From positions 1 through 41,495 of the forward strand of contig JAZGDW010000151.1 in assembly GCA_036478295.1 (NCBI GenBank): 41,495 nt of DNA. Reading direction: 5' to 3'. A program made the position numbers and the translations under genes. Positions 27,442 through 36,842 of the stretch are shown piece by piece (within the stretch, counting starts at the first letter, position 1; every line of letters begins with the position of its first letter). This DNA comes from Candidatus Krumholzibacteriia bacterium (GTDB taxonomy: Bacteria > Krumholzibacteriota > Krumholzibacteriia > WVZY01). Under the pieces are notes generated by a model, which ran no database searches, was not told the origin of the DNA, and saw nothing but the letters and a program-made list of their open reading frames with translations.

Positions 27442-29536
27442 CGTTGCGCGCTTTGTCGTTGCAGTAGACACGCACCACTCCGTTTTTCGATGTCTTGCCC
27501 GGTTCCGGGCGCTGAGAGGCAACAAAGCCAGTACCGACGATGTCGCAACGAAAACCTGCCTCGACCGCCCGCCGCTTGGCGAGCCGCATGGGCAACCCCC
27601 GCAGATCTGGTGTACGCGCCCCGGACGGTTTCGATACCCGTCCGTTCAGGTAAAGCCTGATCACGTCGTCCGAGTTCATCGCGACGCCTGGATCCGGGTC
27701 TTGCGACACCACTTCTCCTTCTTCCCCCTTGCACAGCACGTTCAACCCGAGTTTCCTGGCTCTCTCCATGGCCCGGGCACGATCCAGGCGGAGAAAGTTG
27801 GGAGCTTTGAACGGCCCGGGGGCTAAGCGGGCGTCTTCGATTACGTCGTGCGTAAGTACCCCGTCATAGAACGATGAGGAATAGGCGATCGCTTCGTTTA
27901 CGCGGGCGAAGAGCGGCGCGGCGGATACCCCGCCAAAACGGTAATAGTAATCGGGCTCGTCCAGCATGATCAGACATACAATCTTTGGATCCTCGTGTGG
28001 CGCGAAGCCGATAAAACTCGCAATGAACTTGTCTCGAAGATAACCGTTACGTGTGGCCTTTTCGGCGGTTCCCGTTTTTCCCGAAACGGCGACGAAAGAC
28101 ACTTCCGCTTTGGTGCCGGTACCCTCCTCCACCACCGACCGACAGAAGTCCCTCAGGCGCCGTGATGTGTCCTTGGAGATGACTCTGCGGACCCTAACCG
28201 GCTCGAACTCATCAATGCGGCCCGTGTTCTCATCGACCACCGACTTGACGATTCGCGGTGTCATCAGCACGCCTTCATTCGCAACGGCCGCGAAGGCATT
28301 TATCATTTGCAGCGGAGTCACCGCGATCTCCTGACCAAACGCCATTGTGATTTGCGTTCTTCGCGACCATTGCTCAACCGGCGCCACGCGACCCGGAGAT
28401 TCCCCTAACAGGCGCACGCCCGTTCGTGCGCCAAAGCCGAATAAGCGGACGAACTCAAAAAACTCTCTCGCGCTGAGGTTGAGACTCGCCTTGGCCATGA
28501 CGATGTTGCTCGAGAACACAAACCCTTCCCTGAACGTGAGGTGACCATGAGGATGGGAATCCGAGATGGTGGCGCGACCTATGACGGCCCGCCCGTTCTC
28601 GGCGTCGAACACGTCAAAGCTCCGCACCTTTTTTGTCTCGAGCAAGGCACCTGCGGTGATCAGCTTGAACGTCGAACCGGGTTCATAGATCCAGGAAATG
28701 GAGCGAATCGTCCACATCGAGTCCGCCAGCGAGCCGGGAGCGCGTGATGCCGCTGAGGGGAATTCGGCAAGCGCGAGAATGTCTCCTGTCTCACAGTGCA
28801 TCACGATAAGTCCACCGCTCTTCGCGTTCGTCGCCTTGACGGTGCGCTCCAGCTCATGTTCCGTAAGCTCCTGGAGCCTGACATCGATCGTCAACACCAC
28901 ATGCTTGCCGTCCCGCGGCTTCTGTTGCGCGTAGGTCTGGTAGCCGCGCGACCGGTAGGCACCGTCTATCTGCACGACCTCCCAACCCATTGCACCGGCG
29001 AGTTCCTTGTCGAATGCCGCTTCGATACCGGCCATCCCGGTGTTGTCGTGACCGATGAAACCGACGATCTTGTTGGCCGTTCTGCCGTAAGGGTAGACTC
29101 GGTCTGCTTCCCATCGCACATCGACGCCGGCGAGGGCGCGGATCTCCTTGCGCTGTTTTTCGGAAAGCGAACACTGTCTCTTGACCCACACAAAAGAGCT
29201 GGTGGAACGGAGCTTCTTACGAATGACGCTCGACGACAGGTTGAGATGTCTGGATAGCACCGATGCCACTTCGCTCCGGTTCTTGACATCTCTGGGGTGA
29301 ATCGAGATCGAACACGAGCGGATGCTCAAGGCCAGCGGTCGGCCGTTGCGGTCGAATATCCCCCCGCGACTTGGCGGAACGTTTCTCTTTACCTCACCCT
29401 GTCGCCTGGCGGCCTCGGCGTATGCACTTCGACCAAACACCTGCACCTGAACGAGGCGGACCCACAACGTGACGGTCGCGACCACAAACAAACAGCCGAC
29501 CAGGTACACTCGCAGGTTTTTCTTGCGCTTCCTCAT
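27434..29536 (-). CDS. ftsI: Class B PBP FtsI with two C-terminal PASTA domains
   Basis: RGGIFDRNG, EPGSTFK, SSN, KTGT; two P-x-F/L...VxSQxP PASTA repeats. Confidence 0.95.
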   Translation of the reverse strand: MRKRKKNLRVYLVGCLFVVATVTLWVRLVQVQVFGRSAYAEAARRQGEVKRNVPPSRGGIFDRNGRPLALSIRSCSISIHPRDVKNRSEVASVLSRHLNLSSSVIRKKLRSTSSFVWVKRQCSLSEKQRKEIRALAGVDVRWEADRVYPYGRTANKIVGFIGHDNTGMAGIEAAFDKELAGAMGWEVVQIDGAYRSRGYQTYAQQKPRDGKHVVLTIDVRLQELTEHELERTVKATNAKSGGLIVMHCETGDILALAEFPSAASRAPGSLADSMWTIRSISWIYEPGSTFKLITAGALLETKKVRSFDVFDAENGRAVIGRATISDSHPHGHLTFREGFVFSSNIVMAKASLNLSAREFFEFVRLFGFGARTGVRLLGESPGRVAPVEQWSRRTQITMAFGQEIAVTPLQMINAFAAVANEGVLMTPRIVKSVVDENTGRIDEFEPVRVRRVISKDTSRRLRDFCRSVVEEGTGTKAEVSFVAVSGKTGTAEKATRNGYLRDKFIASFIGFAPHEDPKIVCLIMLDEPDYYYRFGGVSAAPLFARVNEAIAYSSSFYDGVLTHDVIEDARLAPGPFKAPNFLRLDRARAMERARKLGLNVLCKGEEGEVVSQDPDPGVAMNSDDVIRLYLNGRVSKPSGARTPDLRGLPMRLAKRRAVEAGFRCDIVGTGFVASQRPEPGKTSKNGVVRVYCNDKARNDG

Positions 29537-29973
29537 AGCTTTGACTTGCCATTCTCGTCTTGCAGCGTGAAGCGAAGCGGATCAAGGGCCGCTGAGCCCT
29601 TCTCGGTGAACTCGACCGGCGGGGAGAATTTCCAGTCAACGCCGTCGACCGCAAACCGCCGCAGGCTACCATTACTCGCATGCACCATACCGAGGACCTT
29701 CTCGCAGTAATTCGACACCCGCGCCCGCGAAGATAGCGACACGTAGTCGCTTGTCAATCGATTCAGCTTTTCTTTCTGGAACGATCGCGCCTGTTTGATG
29801 TCGGCGATATCCTGTGTAACGGCGCCGGTGAAGACCTGGGCTGACACGTAACCCAGAAGCAGCAGGGCGATGGTCACGTAGACGAGGAGCGTGGTGCCGA
29901 CATTTGCGTTGCCGGTGAGCGCCGAAACCAAAATATTGCTGAACCAACGATATGCCAGTGTTTTCTTTTTCAA
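29533..29973 (-). CDS. ftsL: FtsL-like cell division protein (146 aa)
   Basis: Between rsmH and ftsI; single TM plus coiled coil, LSSRARV..LGM; TTG start overlaps the rsmH TGA. Confidence 0.75.
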   Translation of the reverse strand: MKKKTLAYRWFSNILVSALTGNANVGTTLLVYVTIALLLLGYVSAQVFTGAVTQDIADIKQARSFQKEKLNRLTSDYVSLSSRARVSNYCEKVLGMVHASNGSLRRFAVDGVDWKFSPPVEFTEKGSAALDPLRFTLQDENGKSKL

Positions 29974-30905
29974 TTGGTCAAACTCCTGACTCCTTGGCCG
30001 AGAAACTTCGCCGCGCGAAGCCGGGCGCTCCGGGAGCGCGGGTTGCCGGCGATTTCCTCGGCAGACGGTTTGAGAACGCGGGGGGTGAGAAGCTCCAGGG
30101 TGGCCTTGTGTCCGCAAACGCACTGCGGGACTCTAGGCGGACACAGGCAATCCGATGATTCCCGTTTGAAGAACCTCTTGACGATGCGGTCTTCGAGTGA
30201 GTGATAGCTGACGATGACCAATCGGCCGTTTGCATGGAGGTGGTCCAGCACGCGGTCCAGAAACACTTCGAGGTTGGCGAGCTCGCGGTTAAGGGCGATA
30301 CGGATGCCCTGGAACACCTTGCTCAGGAGCCCGGGGGAGGGTTTGCCGACCAGCGCCGCCTCGATGGCGCGCCTGAGATCGAAGGTCGATGCCATTCCGC
30401 CGCTGTCCGCTGCTTGGCGGATCGATCTTGCGATACGGGCCGCTCCGCGCACTTCGCCGTACTCTCTGAGGATACGCGCCAGTTGCTCCACAGTGGAATT
30501 CTCGATGAGGGATTTCGCCGTCTGGCCGGTGGCGCCCATTCGCATGTCCAGGGGACCATCCTGCTTGTAACCGAACCCGCGTGACGCCCTGTCCAGCTGC
30601 AGACTGGAAACACCGAGATCGACGAGAATCCCGTCGACCGCTTTGCGATCGGCGAGCGCCGCGTCGAGGTCGGCGTAGTTACCTTCAATGAGGCTCAGCC
30701 GACCCTCATATTCCTGGAGAAACCGGCGTGCCCCGGCAAGCGCCTCCGGGTCCCGGTCGATACCGACGAGTGAAACTTCGCTGTTGCTATCCAGAACGGC
30801 TTTGGCGTGGCCCCCGCCCCCCACCGTACAGTCCACTACCCATCTCGAGTTATCGTGCAGCAGGTAGCGCAGCGTTTCCGCGACCATGACCGGAGTGTGG
30901 ATCAT
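29970..30905 (-). CDS. rsmH: 16S rRNA m4C1402 methyltransferase
   Basis: HTPVM, DCTVGGGGH, DLGVSS, PLDMRM, SYHSLED, NPRSRSA. Confidence 0.97.
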   Translation of the reverse strand: MIHTPVMVAETLRYLLHDNSRWVVDCTVGGGGHAKAVLDSNSEVSLVGIDRDPEALAGARRFLQEYEGRLSLIEGNYADLDAALADRKAVDGILVDLGVSSLQLDRASRGFGYKQDGPLDMRMGATGQTAKSLIENSTVEQLARILREYGEVRGAARIARSIRQAADSGGMASTFDLRRAIEAALVGKPSPGLLSKVFQGIRIALNRELANLEVFLDRVLDHLHANGRLVIVSYHSLEDRIVKRFFKRESSDCLCPPRVPQCVCGHKATLELLTPRVLKPSAEEIAGNPRSRSARLRAAKFLGQGVRSLTN

Positions 30906-30979
30906 CGAAGCCCTCCGCACCAACAAATCGTTGGGATCTCTCTCAGTATGGGAATGTCCCACGAACAACGTCACGCACA

Positions 30980-31423
30980 TCAAAAAATCCGATCGTTCGT
31001 CTTTTTGAAAGCCTTCACCAACTCGGGGTACTTCTTCTCCATGTGGTCACCGGACCAGACTTCGATGTAAATCGCCATGTTGATTACGGCAACCGTTTCG
31101 TCGAGGCCGCACGCCTTTTTTATACGTTGTGGGATCAAAATCCGGCCCTGCCCGTCGACGGTTGCCGTCTCTTTGGCCAGCATCGCGTAGCGGAACGTAT
31201 CCTTCTTCTGCGCGCTGCCCTCATCCGCCCGCAGCGTCTTGCAGTAGAGGTCCCACTGTTTCCGGGTCCGGAGCTCCAGATAAGGCAGTGCCGAGAAATC
31301 GGGCAGCAGGTAGAGCACATCCCCCTTGTTGATCTTGAGGTCCACCCGGATGTCCTTAGGGAGCAGCAGACGACCCTTTGGATCGGTGGAATGTAATGAC
31401 TTCTCGTTGAAGTAATTGTTCAT
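30980..31423 (-). CDS. mraZ: Transcriptional regulator MraZ
   Basis: Two DxxGR motifs (DPKGRLLLP, DGQGRILIP), EVW; heads the dcw cluster. Confidence 0.9.
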   Translation of the reverse strand: MNNYFNEKSLHSTDPKGRLLLPKDIRVDLKINKGDVLYLLPDFSALPYLELRTRKQWDLYCKTLRADEGSAQKKDTFRYAMLAKETATVDGQGRILIPQRIKKACGLDETVAVINMAIYIEVWSGDHMEKKYPELVKAFKKTNDRIF

Positions 31424-31494
31424 ATAAAAGAGAAAATATCCGGTTTAACGCTCGACAGCGTTCAAGTTTGGGATTCACTCCCACAATGACGCCG

Positions 31495-31523
31495 AGAATA
31501 GGTTTTTTTTGGGAATCGGTCAA
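31495..31523 (-). promoter_or_regulatory. Sigma70 promoter of the dcw cluster
   Basis: Minus strand TTGACC (31523-18), 17 bp, TATTCT (31500-495); TGGGA boxes overlap it. Confidence 0.7.
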
Positions 31524-31642
31524 GCGCAAAATTATGTTTTTGGGAACCGCCGCTCGGATTCCTATAGAAAACATAACAAGCTGGAGTCAAATGAGTTGCG
31601 GGGCCAGCAAACGACGAGTGGCCGGCGGCGGGCACAAGAGAG

Positions 31643-32461
31643 TCAGGGGCCGGCTTGACGATCGGCAACGACGCAGACGGTCGCAGCAAGTTGTTTCAAG
31701 ATTGGGGCTTGCTCCATGAGGGTCTCAGTGGAGCGCACGAGCGGGAACAGGCCGTCCGGCGTGTTCTTGGTCACGAACAGAAAACAGGTCACGCTGCGGA
31801 CGGAGAAACCCGCCCCTTCCAGGTAGCCGCGGATTGCCTCAGGCGTTGCCGGTTGATGATACCGGTACGGGTGGTACGTGGAACGGTCGACCCCGTCCGC
31901 GGGGTAGCACATGGTGGGCAGGCGCCGCCGGAGCCAGGGCAACCTTACGGCAACCCGCTTGAACCGCTCGACGATGCCGTAATAGTTCGGCGTCGACAGG
32001 ACCAGCCGCCCGCCGTCCTTGAGCACTCGGTGGCACTCGCGTAAGACGGCCGGGCGGTCGTCCTCGAAGACGTGCTCGAAAGTCTCGACCATCGTGATGC
32101 CATCGAACTGGCCGTCGCCGAATGGAAGCCGGGCGGCGTCGCCCCCCACCACCCGGAACTCGGCCCCGTTCTCGTGGGCGATACGGGCCCCAACCTCGAA
32201 TTGATCCACCACCAGGTCCATCCCCACCACTCGCATTCCGAGCGCCTCCAGGGCCATCACGTTGTATCCCCACGCCGAGCCGATGTCGAGCACGCTGGCG
32301 CCTGGGTTGCCCACCAGCCACCGGTCCACCTCCGAGAATCGCCTCAGCACCATGTGACGGCGGCCCCTGGAACCGAGGTACCAGTGGCGGAGCAGGTCCG
32401 GCATCTCCTCGGCCTTCATTCCCGCGGGGACACGGATATCGGGGAGTTCGAATTTAGCCAT
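31643..32461 (-). CDS. Class I SAM-dependent methyltransferase
   Basis: VLDIGSAWG, GDAARLPFGDGQFD, EHV, RVLKDGG..STPN; ATG overlaps the GT-C stop. Confidence 0.9.
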   Translation of the reverse strand: MAKFELPDIRVPAGMKAEEMPDLLRHWYLGSRGRRHMVLRRFSEVDRWLVGNPGASVLDIGSAWGYNVMALEALGMRVVGMDLVVDQFEVGARIAHENGAEFRVVGGDAARLPFGDGQFDGITMVETFEHVFEDDRPAVLRECHRVLKDGGRLVLSTPNYYGIVERFKRVAVRLPWLRRRLPTMCYPADGVDRSTYHPYRYHQPATPEAIRGYLEGAGFSVRSVTCFLFVTKNTPDGLFPLVRSTETLMEQAPILKQLAATVCVVADRQAGP

Positions 32462-33962
32462 CGTCGACGCGGTGGAGTCGGTACAACGTGTAGAAAAACG
32501 GGCCTGGTTTCTTGATGCCGAGGTTGTCGACGCGAACCACCCGTACGCTTTCAAAACGGTGACCGTTGATAACAGCACCGTCAAAGCGCTCCGCCACGGG
32601 GACCCGGTCTATGAAGTAGTCCACACGCGGGTATGCTCGCAGATCCAGATAGAGACCGCCTTCCACGATCTCGTCGTAACTGTGTGTCTCGCGCAACTCA
32701 CCGGTGGCGTTTTCCACCAGGCCCCCGAGGTCCAACACGCGGCGATGGGAATAGAATGCCAGGTACCCGATGTCGGCTGCGGCGACCACGGTTCCCTCCG
32801 GTGTGGTATTCCGGATGAAGAGACCGAGCCTTTTGAGGTTATGAGTGAGATCGTGCGAGAACGCACGCGATGGCCCAGCAATGACCACGAAGTACAGGAC
32901 GACGTTGATAAGTACGGCGGCGAGCGTCACCAGCCCCGTGAACACCCGCCCGCTACGACTGCTCCAGGCCACGGCCCTGGAGCAGTCCGCGAGCGCGACG
33001 AAGCCAAGTACAACAACGAAAGGACTGGTCAGCAGCATGTAACGCGACAGCACCTGAATATCGAAGATCGCGTAGGCAAGAGGCAGCGAGACAATCCACA
33101 ACAAGAAGAACCGGCAGTCCGCCGAAAAGATGCGGCTCCTCCGCCTCAGCACGACGGCCGCTATGATAATCAGCAGGACCGGAATCGCTTCCGCGCTGCC
33201 GACAATCTTCGCCATGGGAATCAGTTTTTGGAGCAGCAGGCCGGGGTTGAGAACCAGACCGCCGCTCTTCGCTCCAGCGGTGTTCGGCAAGAACGCGCCG
33301 ATGTGCAGCCTGGCGAAAGCGAGCCACGGCAAGAGCAGCGCCGCGTACACGCCTGCGGTTCGCGCGACGCAGGCGGAGCTTGCCTGCCGCCGTCGAACGA
33401 CAGCCGACACCAGGTACACGGGGAACAACAGATAGGTTTCGGGCCGGAGCAGCGCGGCGGCGGCCATAAAGAATCCGAGCTGCAACGCCCGGCGCGGGTC
33501 ACGCAAGGCGCCCAGCGAACTGATGCCGACCGCCGTCATCATGGCAACGGCGGAGGAAGTCTCCATGGCGAGCGCCGTCCATCGAACCAGCCACGCGTGT
33601 GCGCCGAACGCCAGCGTGCATAGAAAGCACATCCATGGACCGAGGCCCAGCGAGCGGGCCAGCGTGAACATGAGGAGCAGCGTGGCGATGCCGGCCAGCC
33701 ACGAAAAAATACGGCTGGTGATCATCAGTCGCTCTCCCCCACCCACGATACGTCCGGCGGCGGCCTGCACCATCACCCACAGCGGGCTCGTCGTACCGAA
33801 CGAAACTTCACCGGGGTTGAAACTGTACTCGCCGTGCGTGATGATATTGTTGGCATACTGGATATGGATATAGCCATCGTCGGTGAAGCCAGCCCGGAGC
33901 GGCGTCAGCAGCGCCACGAACACGATCACCGGTACGACGACTCCCCAGTATTGCTTTTTCAC
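32454..33962 (-). CDS. Polytopic GT-C glycosyltransferase (AftB/GT89-like)
   Basis: DDGYI..YA.N...FNPGE...TSPLW, MET, RPE, PNT..AK, DIG...VLDLGGLV; many TM helices. Confidence 0.7.
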   Translation of the reverse strand: MKKQYWGVVVPVIVFVALLTPLRAGFTDDGYIHIQYANNIITHGEYSFNPGEVSFGTTSPLWVMVQAAAGRIVGGGERLMITSRIFSWLAGIATLLLMFTLARSLGLGPWMCFLCTLAFGAHAWLVRWTALAMETSSAVAMMTAVGISSLGALRDPRRALQLGFFMAAAALLRPETYLLFPVYLVSAVVRRRQASSACVARTAGVYAALLLPWLAFARLHIGAFLPNTAGAKSGGLVLNPGLLLQKLIPMAKIVGSAEAIPVLLIIIAAVVLRRRSRIFSADCRFFLLWIVSLPLAYAIFDIQVLSRYMLLTSPFVVVLGFVALADCSRAVAWSSRSGRVFTGLVTLAAVLINVVLYFVVIAGPSRAFSHDLTHNLKRLGLFIRNTTPEGTVVAAADIGYLAFYSHRRVLDLGGLVENATGELRETHSYDEIVEGGLYLDLRAYPRVDYFIDRVPVAERFDGAVINGHRFESVRVVRVDNLGIKKPGPFFYTLYRLHRVDDG

Positions 33963-33968
33963 CTCGAT

Positions 33969-35282
33969 CTACTTCCGGTTGGAGGTGATGAACTGCAGGT
34001 AATCGGCCAGTTGTCCGGCGGTTTCTTCTCGAGTACAACCCACGACCACCGACAGGTCGTAGTCCCTGTCGAGCGAGCCGTTCTTATATTTGTCGTACAT
34101 GAGCGCGATCCGCCCGGCAATCGCGTCCTCATCATCCTGCGGCGCAACTTCACCGCGACGCCGCTGCACAATGATGTCCTTCGCTTCGCCGTCCGGCGCC
34201 AGGGCGAGAATGGGCCGCGCGGCCCCCAGGTACTCGTACAACTTTCCCGGAACAATCCCACGGTACGCCGGATCCGTGTGCTTGAGCAGGAGCAGTATAT
34301 GAGAACTGCGCTCCAGTTTCAACGATTCTGGATGCGCCACGCTGTCGCGGAACTCGACGATCGACGACAGCCCGAGAACCTCTACATGCCGCTCGTTCTC
34401 GCTCTCGCGCGGGCCCACGAAGATGACACGGCATCGCTCACGCGCGTCTTCGTCGCGGTCGAGAAAAACTTTCAAGCCATTGAGAAAAGGAATCGCGCTT
34501 CTCTTCTGCGTAAGCATACCGGCATGCAGAATTCGAAACTCATCGCGCGGGGGCTCACAGTCACGGTACGCCTCGAATTTTTCATGGTCGTACCCGTTCG
34601 GAATCAGGCGGATGTCTCTCAATCCCTGGTAGCGGCGGCGAAGGAGCTCCTCGTGCCAGCGACTGGTCACGATCACGGAGGCGGCAGAGCATATGGCGCG
34701 TTCGTACCGCCGGTGCAGCCATGCGTGCACACGGGTCGGAACGGGCAGGAGATACAGATTCATCCACGGGTCCCGGAAATCCGCCACCCAGGGCAGCGCG
34801 GACAGCTTGTGCAGCTTGTGGCCGATCAGGTGCGCGGTCTCCGGCGGGGATGTGGAGTAGATCGCATCGAATTTGTGCCGCGCGAGAAGTCGCCGGCCCA
34901 TGCGCACTGCGAACGGGTACCAACCGATGTAGGTATCGGGCACGAGGGTCCACGCGCCCAACTTTCTCAGGTGCGAGAACCTGCGGCTCGACCGAACCTG
35001 GGCTCTTTCTCCCATCCGTTTCTTTCGTCCCAAGCGCGAGAGAATGAACTGGCCACTCAACGATTCGGTGCGGAACACGGAACACGACTCGGGAACCTCG
35101 CCGAGAAGGCTGCGATCGTCGATCCAGAACGCGTCGGGACGCGGCGATACCACGGTCGCCTGCCAGCCGAATTTCTCCAGATATTTCACGAAGCCCAGCG
35201 GCCGGTGAACGCCGCCGCCGCCACTGGGAGGAAAAAACGGCACGATCATCAACAGTTGCCTCGAAGCGCTCCCTCGTTTCAT
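33969..35282 (-). CDS. GT4 glycosyltransferase
   Basis: FPP.GG.GV.R...VKYL, STSPP, DFRDPW, IPNGYD, GKLYEY; ATGA overlap with wzx. Confidence 0.9.
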   Translation of the reverse strand: MKRGSASRQLLMIVPFFPPSGGGGVHRPLGFVKYLEKFGWQATVVSPRPDAFWIDDRSLLGEVPESCSVFRTESLSGQFILSRLGRKKRMGERAQVRSSRRFSHLRKLGAWTLVPDTYIGWYPFAVRMGRRLLARHKFDAIYSTSPPETAHLIGHKLHKLSALPWVADFRDPWMNLYLLPVPTRVHAWLHRRYERAICSAASVIVTSRWHEELLRRRYQGLRDIRLIPNGYDHEKFEAYRDCEPPRDEFRILHAGMLTQKRSAIPFLNGLKVFLDRDEDARERCRVIFVGPRESENERHVEVLGLSSIVEFRDSVAHPESLKLERSSHILLLLKHTDPAYRGIVPGKLYEYLGAARPILALAPDGEAKDIIVQRRRGEVAPQDDEDAIAGRIALMYDKYKNGSLDRDYDLSVVVGCTREETAGQLADYLQFITSNRK

Positions 35283-36838
35283 AACACACCGCGCACGAAC
35301 CGGATTCCCCTGCTCTCGAAGATGCTGTAGAGGGTCTCCCGTTCTTCTCGCGTAAAAACGTTCATCCTGCGAATCAAACCGCGAAACACGACCATCCCAC
35401 CCACAAAGAGAACGATTTTCGCGGGCACGATCAGTCCTCCCAGAGCCTCCCGGGCAAGCGTGGTCGCCAGCAGCACCGGTAGAAACGCTGCCGCGCCCGC
35501 AGTGCCCAGACGAAAGACCAGCCCGGCGGTGAAGCCCAGGTCGATTGCCAGAGGCGATAAGCGCAGGGTAACGAGCAGCTGCAGCACACAGGCGCAGAGC
35601 TGGGCCAGACCAACGCCGACCAGGCCAAAGCGGGGCGCTAGCACTACCATCAGAGTAAGGTACGTAGACGCCCACGCAATATCCGTCATGAGCGCGCTAC
35701 GTATCTGATCCATCGCCTTCATCACTGTAGTCAACGGCGCCGTCACCGTATTCAGCGGCAGGCACAGCGCGAGAATTATCAGGAGGGGGGTTGCGGCGAG
35801 GTAATCGCGGCTGGCAACAACCACGATGATCTCCTGCGCGAATAGAACGATGACACACATGATCAGCACTGCTACGGCGGAGTTGAACTTGATGAATATA
35901 CGCGTGGCAGGCTGGATGCCGGAGGTCCTTCCTTCCGCTTTGAGACGTGTAATCTCGGGCTGAAAAGCCAGGTGGGCGGCGCCGAGCAGCCGGTTGGCCA
36001 ACCGGCCCAAACGAGCACCGATGTGGAACACGGCCAGCACCTCCAGTGTGAGCAGCTGGGCAAGCAGATACCTGTCCACATCGCTAAAAGCCACCGCGAC
36101 GAAACCGAGCCCGATCGCCCACACCAGGTAGGGACGGTACCGGTAACGGACCGCTTCTTTGCCTGTGCCGCTCGTGTCCGCCGGGTGCGGGCGAGGTAGT
36201 CGCATCAGCGACAGGAAGAAAAGCGGCACGGCCAGCCCCAGGGCGGCCAGATGAACCGTGCCAAATATCTTGAAGAGCAACAGGAGCGACAGGTGTTCAC
36301 GCTCGACCACGATCCACAACAGGATTGCCAGCAGAGACGCCGTTTCCAGGACCATTTGCGTTCCGAGACGCCGCAGACCGTTCAGGCCGCCGTAGACCAC
36401 TGTCTTCAGCATGATCCCCAGGGTCATGGCGTAGAACCACAGCAGCATCCCCCTGCCAAGAAGTGCCGGTTCGGTGAATGCAAGGAGCCACGGGCGCAAC
36501 AGCTGTACGGCTGCTGCAAGCACGACGAGCAAACCAAAAGAGACCGCGACACAGGCCGCACTCAGTCGCAAGGCGTACTCGCGCTCCCCTTTTGACTCGT
36601 GCTCCGGCAGGTACCGCACGAGCAGCTGCGGCAGCCCGTTGGCCGCGATAATCGTCAACAAGAGCGAAAAGCCGCGAAGTGAAGCAAAGAGCCCGAATGT
36701 TTCCTGTTGCAGATAGTTTGACAGGATTTTGACCTGGGCCAGCGTGATGAGCGTGGCGACTACCGTCTGCAGCACCAGCGCAAACGTATTGGGAACAAAT
36801 CGGGATCTGCCTGGCCGGTTTGTTGGGGGATTGTCCAT
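35279..36838 (-). CDS. wzx: Wzx/MATE-like polysaccharide flippase
   Basis: About 14 TM segments; FG...LPQLLVRY.PE, DRYLL, FQPEIT pattern. Confidence 0.85.
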   Translation of the reverse strand: MDNPPTNRPGRSRFVPNTFALVLQTVVATLITLAQVKILSNYLQQETFGLFASLRGFSLLLTIIAANGLPQLLVRYLPEHESKGEREYALRLSAACVAVSFGLLVVLAAAVQLLRPWLLAFTEPALLGRGMLLWFYAMTLGIMLKTVVYGGLNGLRRLGTQMVLETASLLAILLWIVVEREHLSLLLLFKIFGTVHLAALGLAVPLFFLSLMRLPRPHPADTSGTGKEAVRYRYRPYLVWAIGLGFVAVAFSDVDRYLLAQLLTLEVLAVFHIGARLGRLANRLLGAAHLAFQPEITRLKAEGRTSGIQPATRIFIKFNSAVAVLIMCVIVLFAQEIIVVVASRDYLAATPLLIILALCLPLNTVTAPLTTVMKAMDQIRSALMTDIAWASTYLTLMVVLAPRFGLVGVGLAQLCACVLQLLVTLRLSPLAIDLGFTAGLVFRLGTAGAAAFLPVLLATTLAREALGGLIVPAKIVLFVGGMVVFRGLIRRMNVFTREERETLYSIFESRGIRFVRGVL

Positions 36839-36842
36839 GGGG

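Noticed and set aside
16417..35330. Long plus-strand ORFs (16417-17436, 18242-19396, 23160-24500, 32472-33623, 33834-35330)
   Set aside because: Antisense shadows of well-supported minus-strand genes in GC-rich DNA; no recognisable motifs
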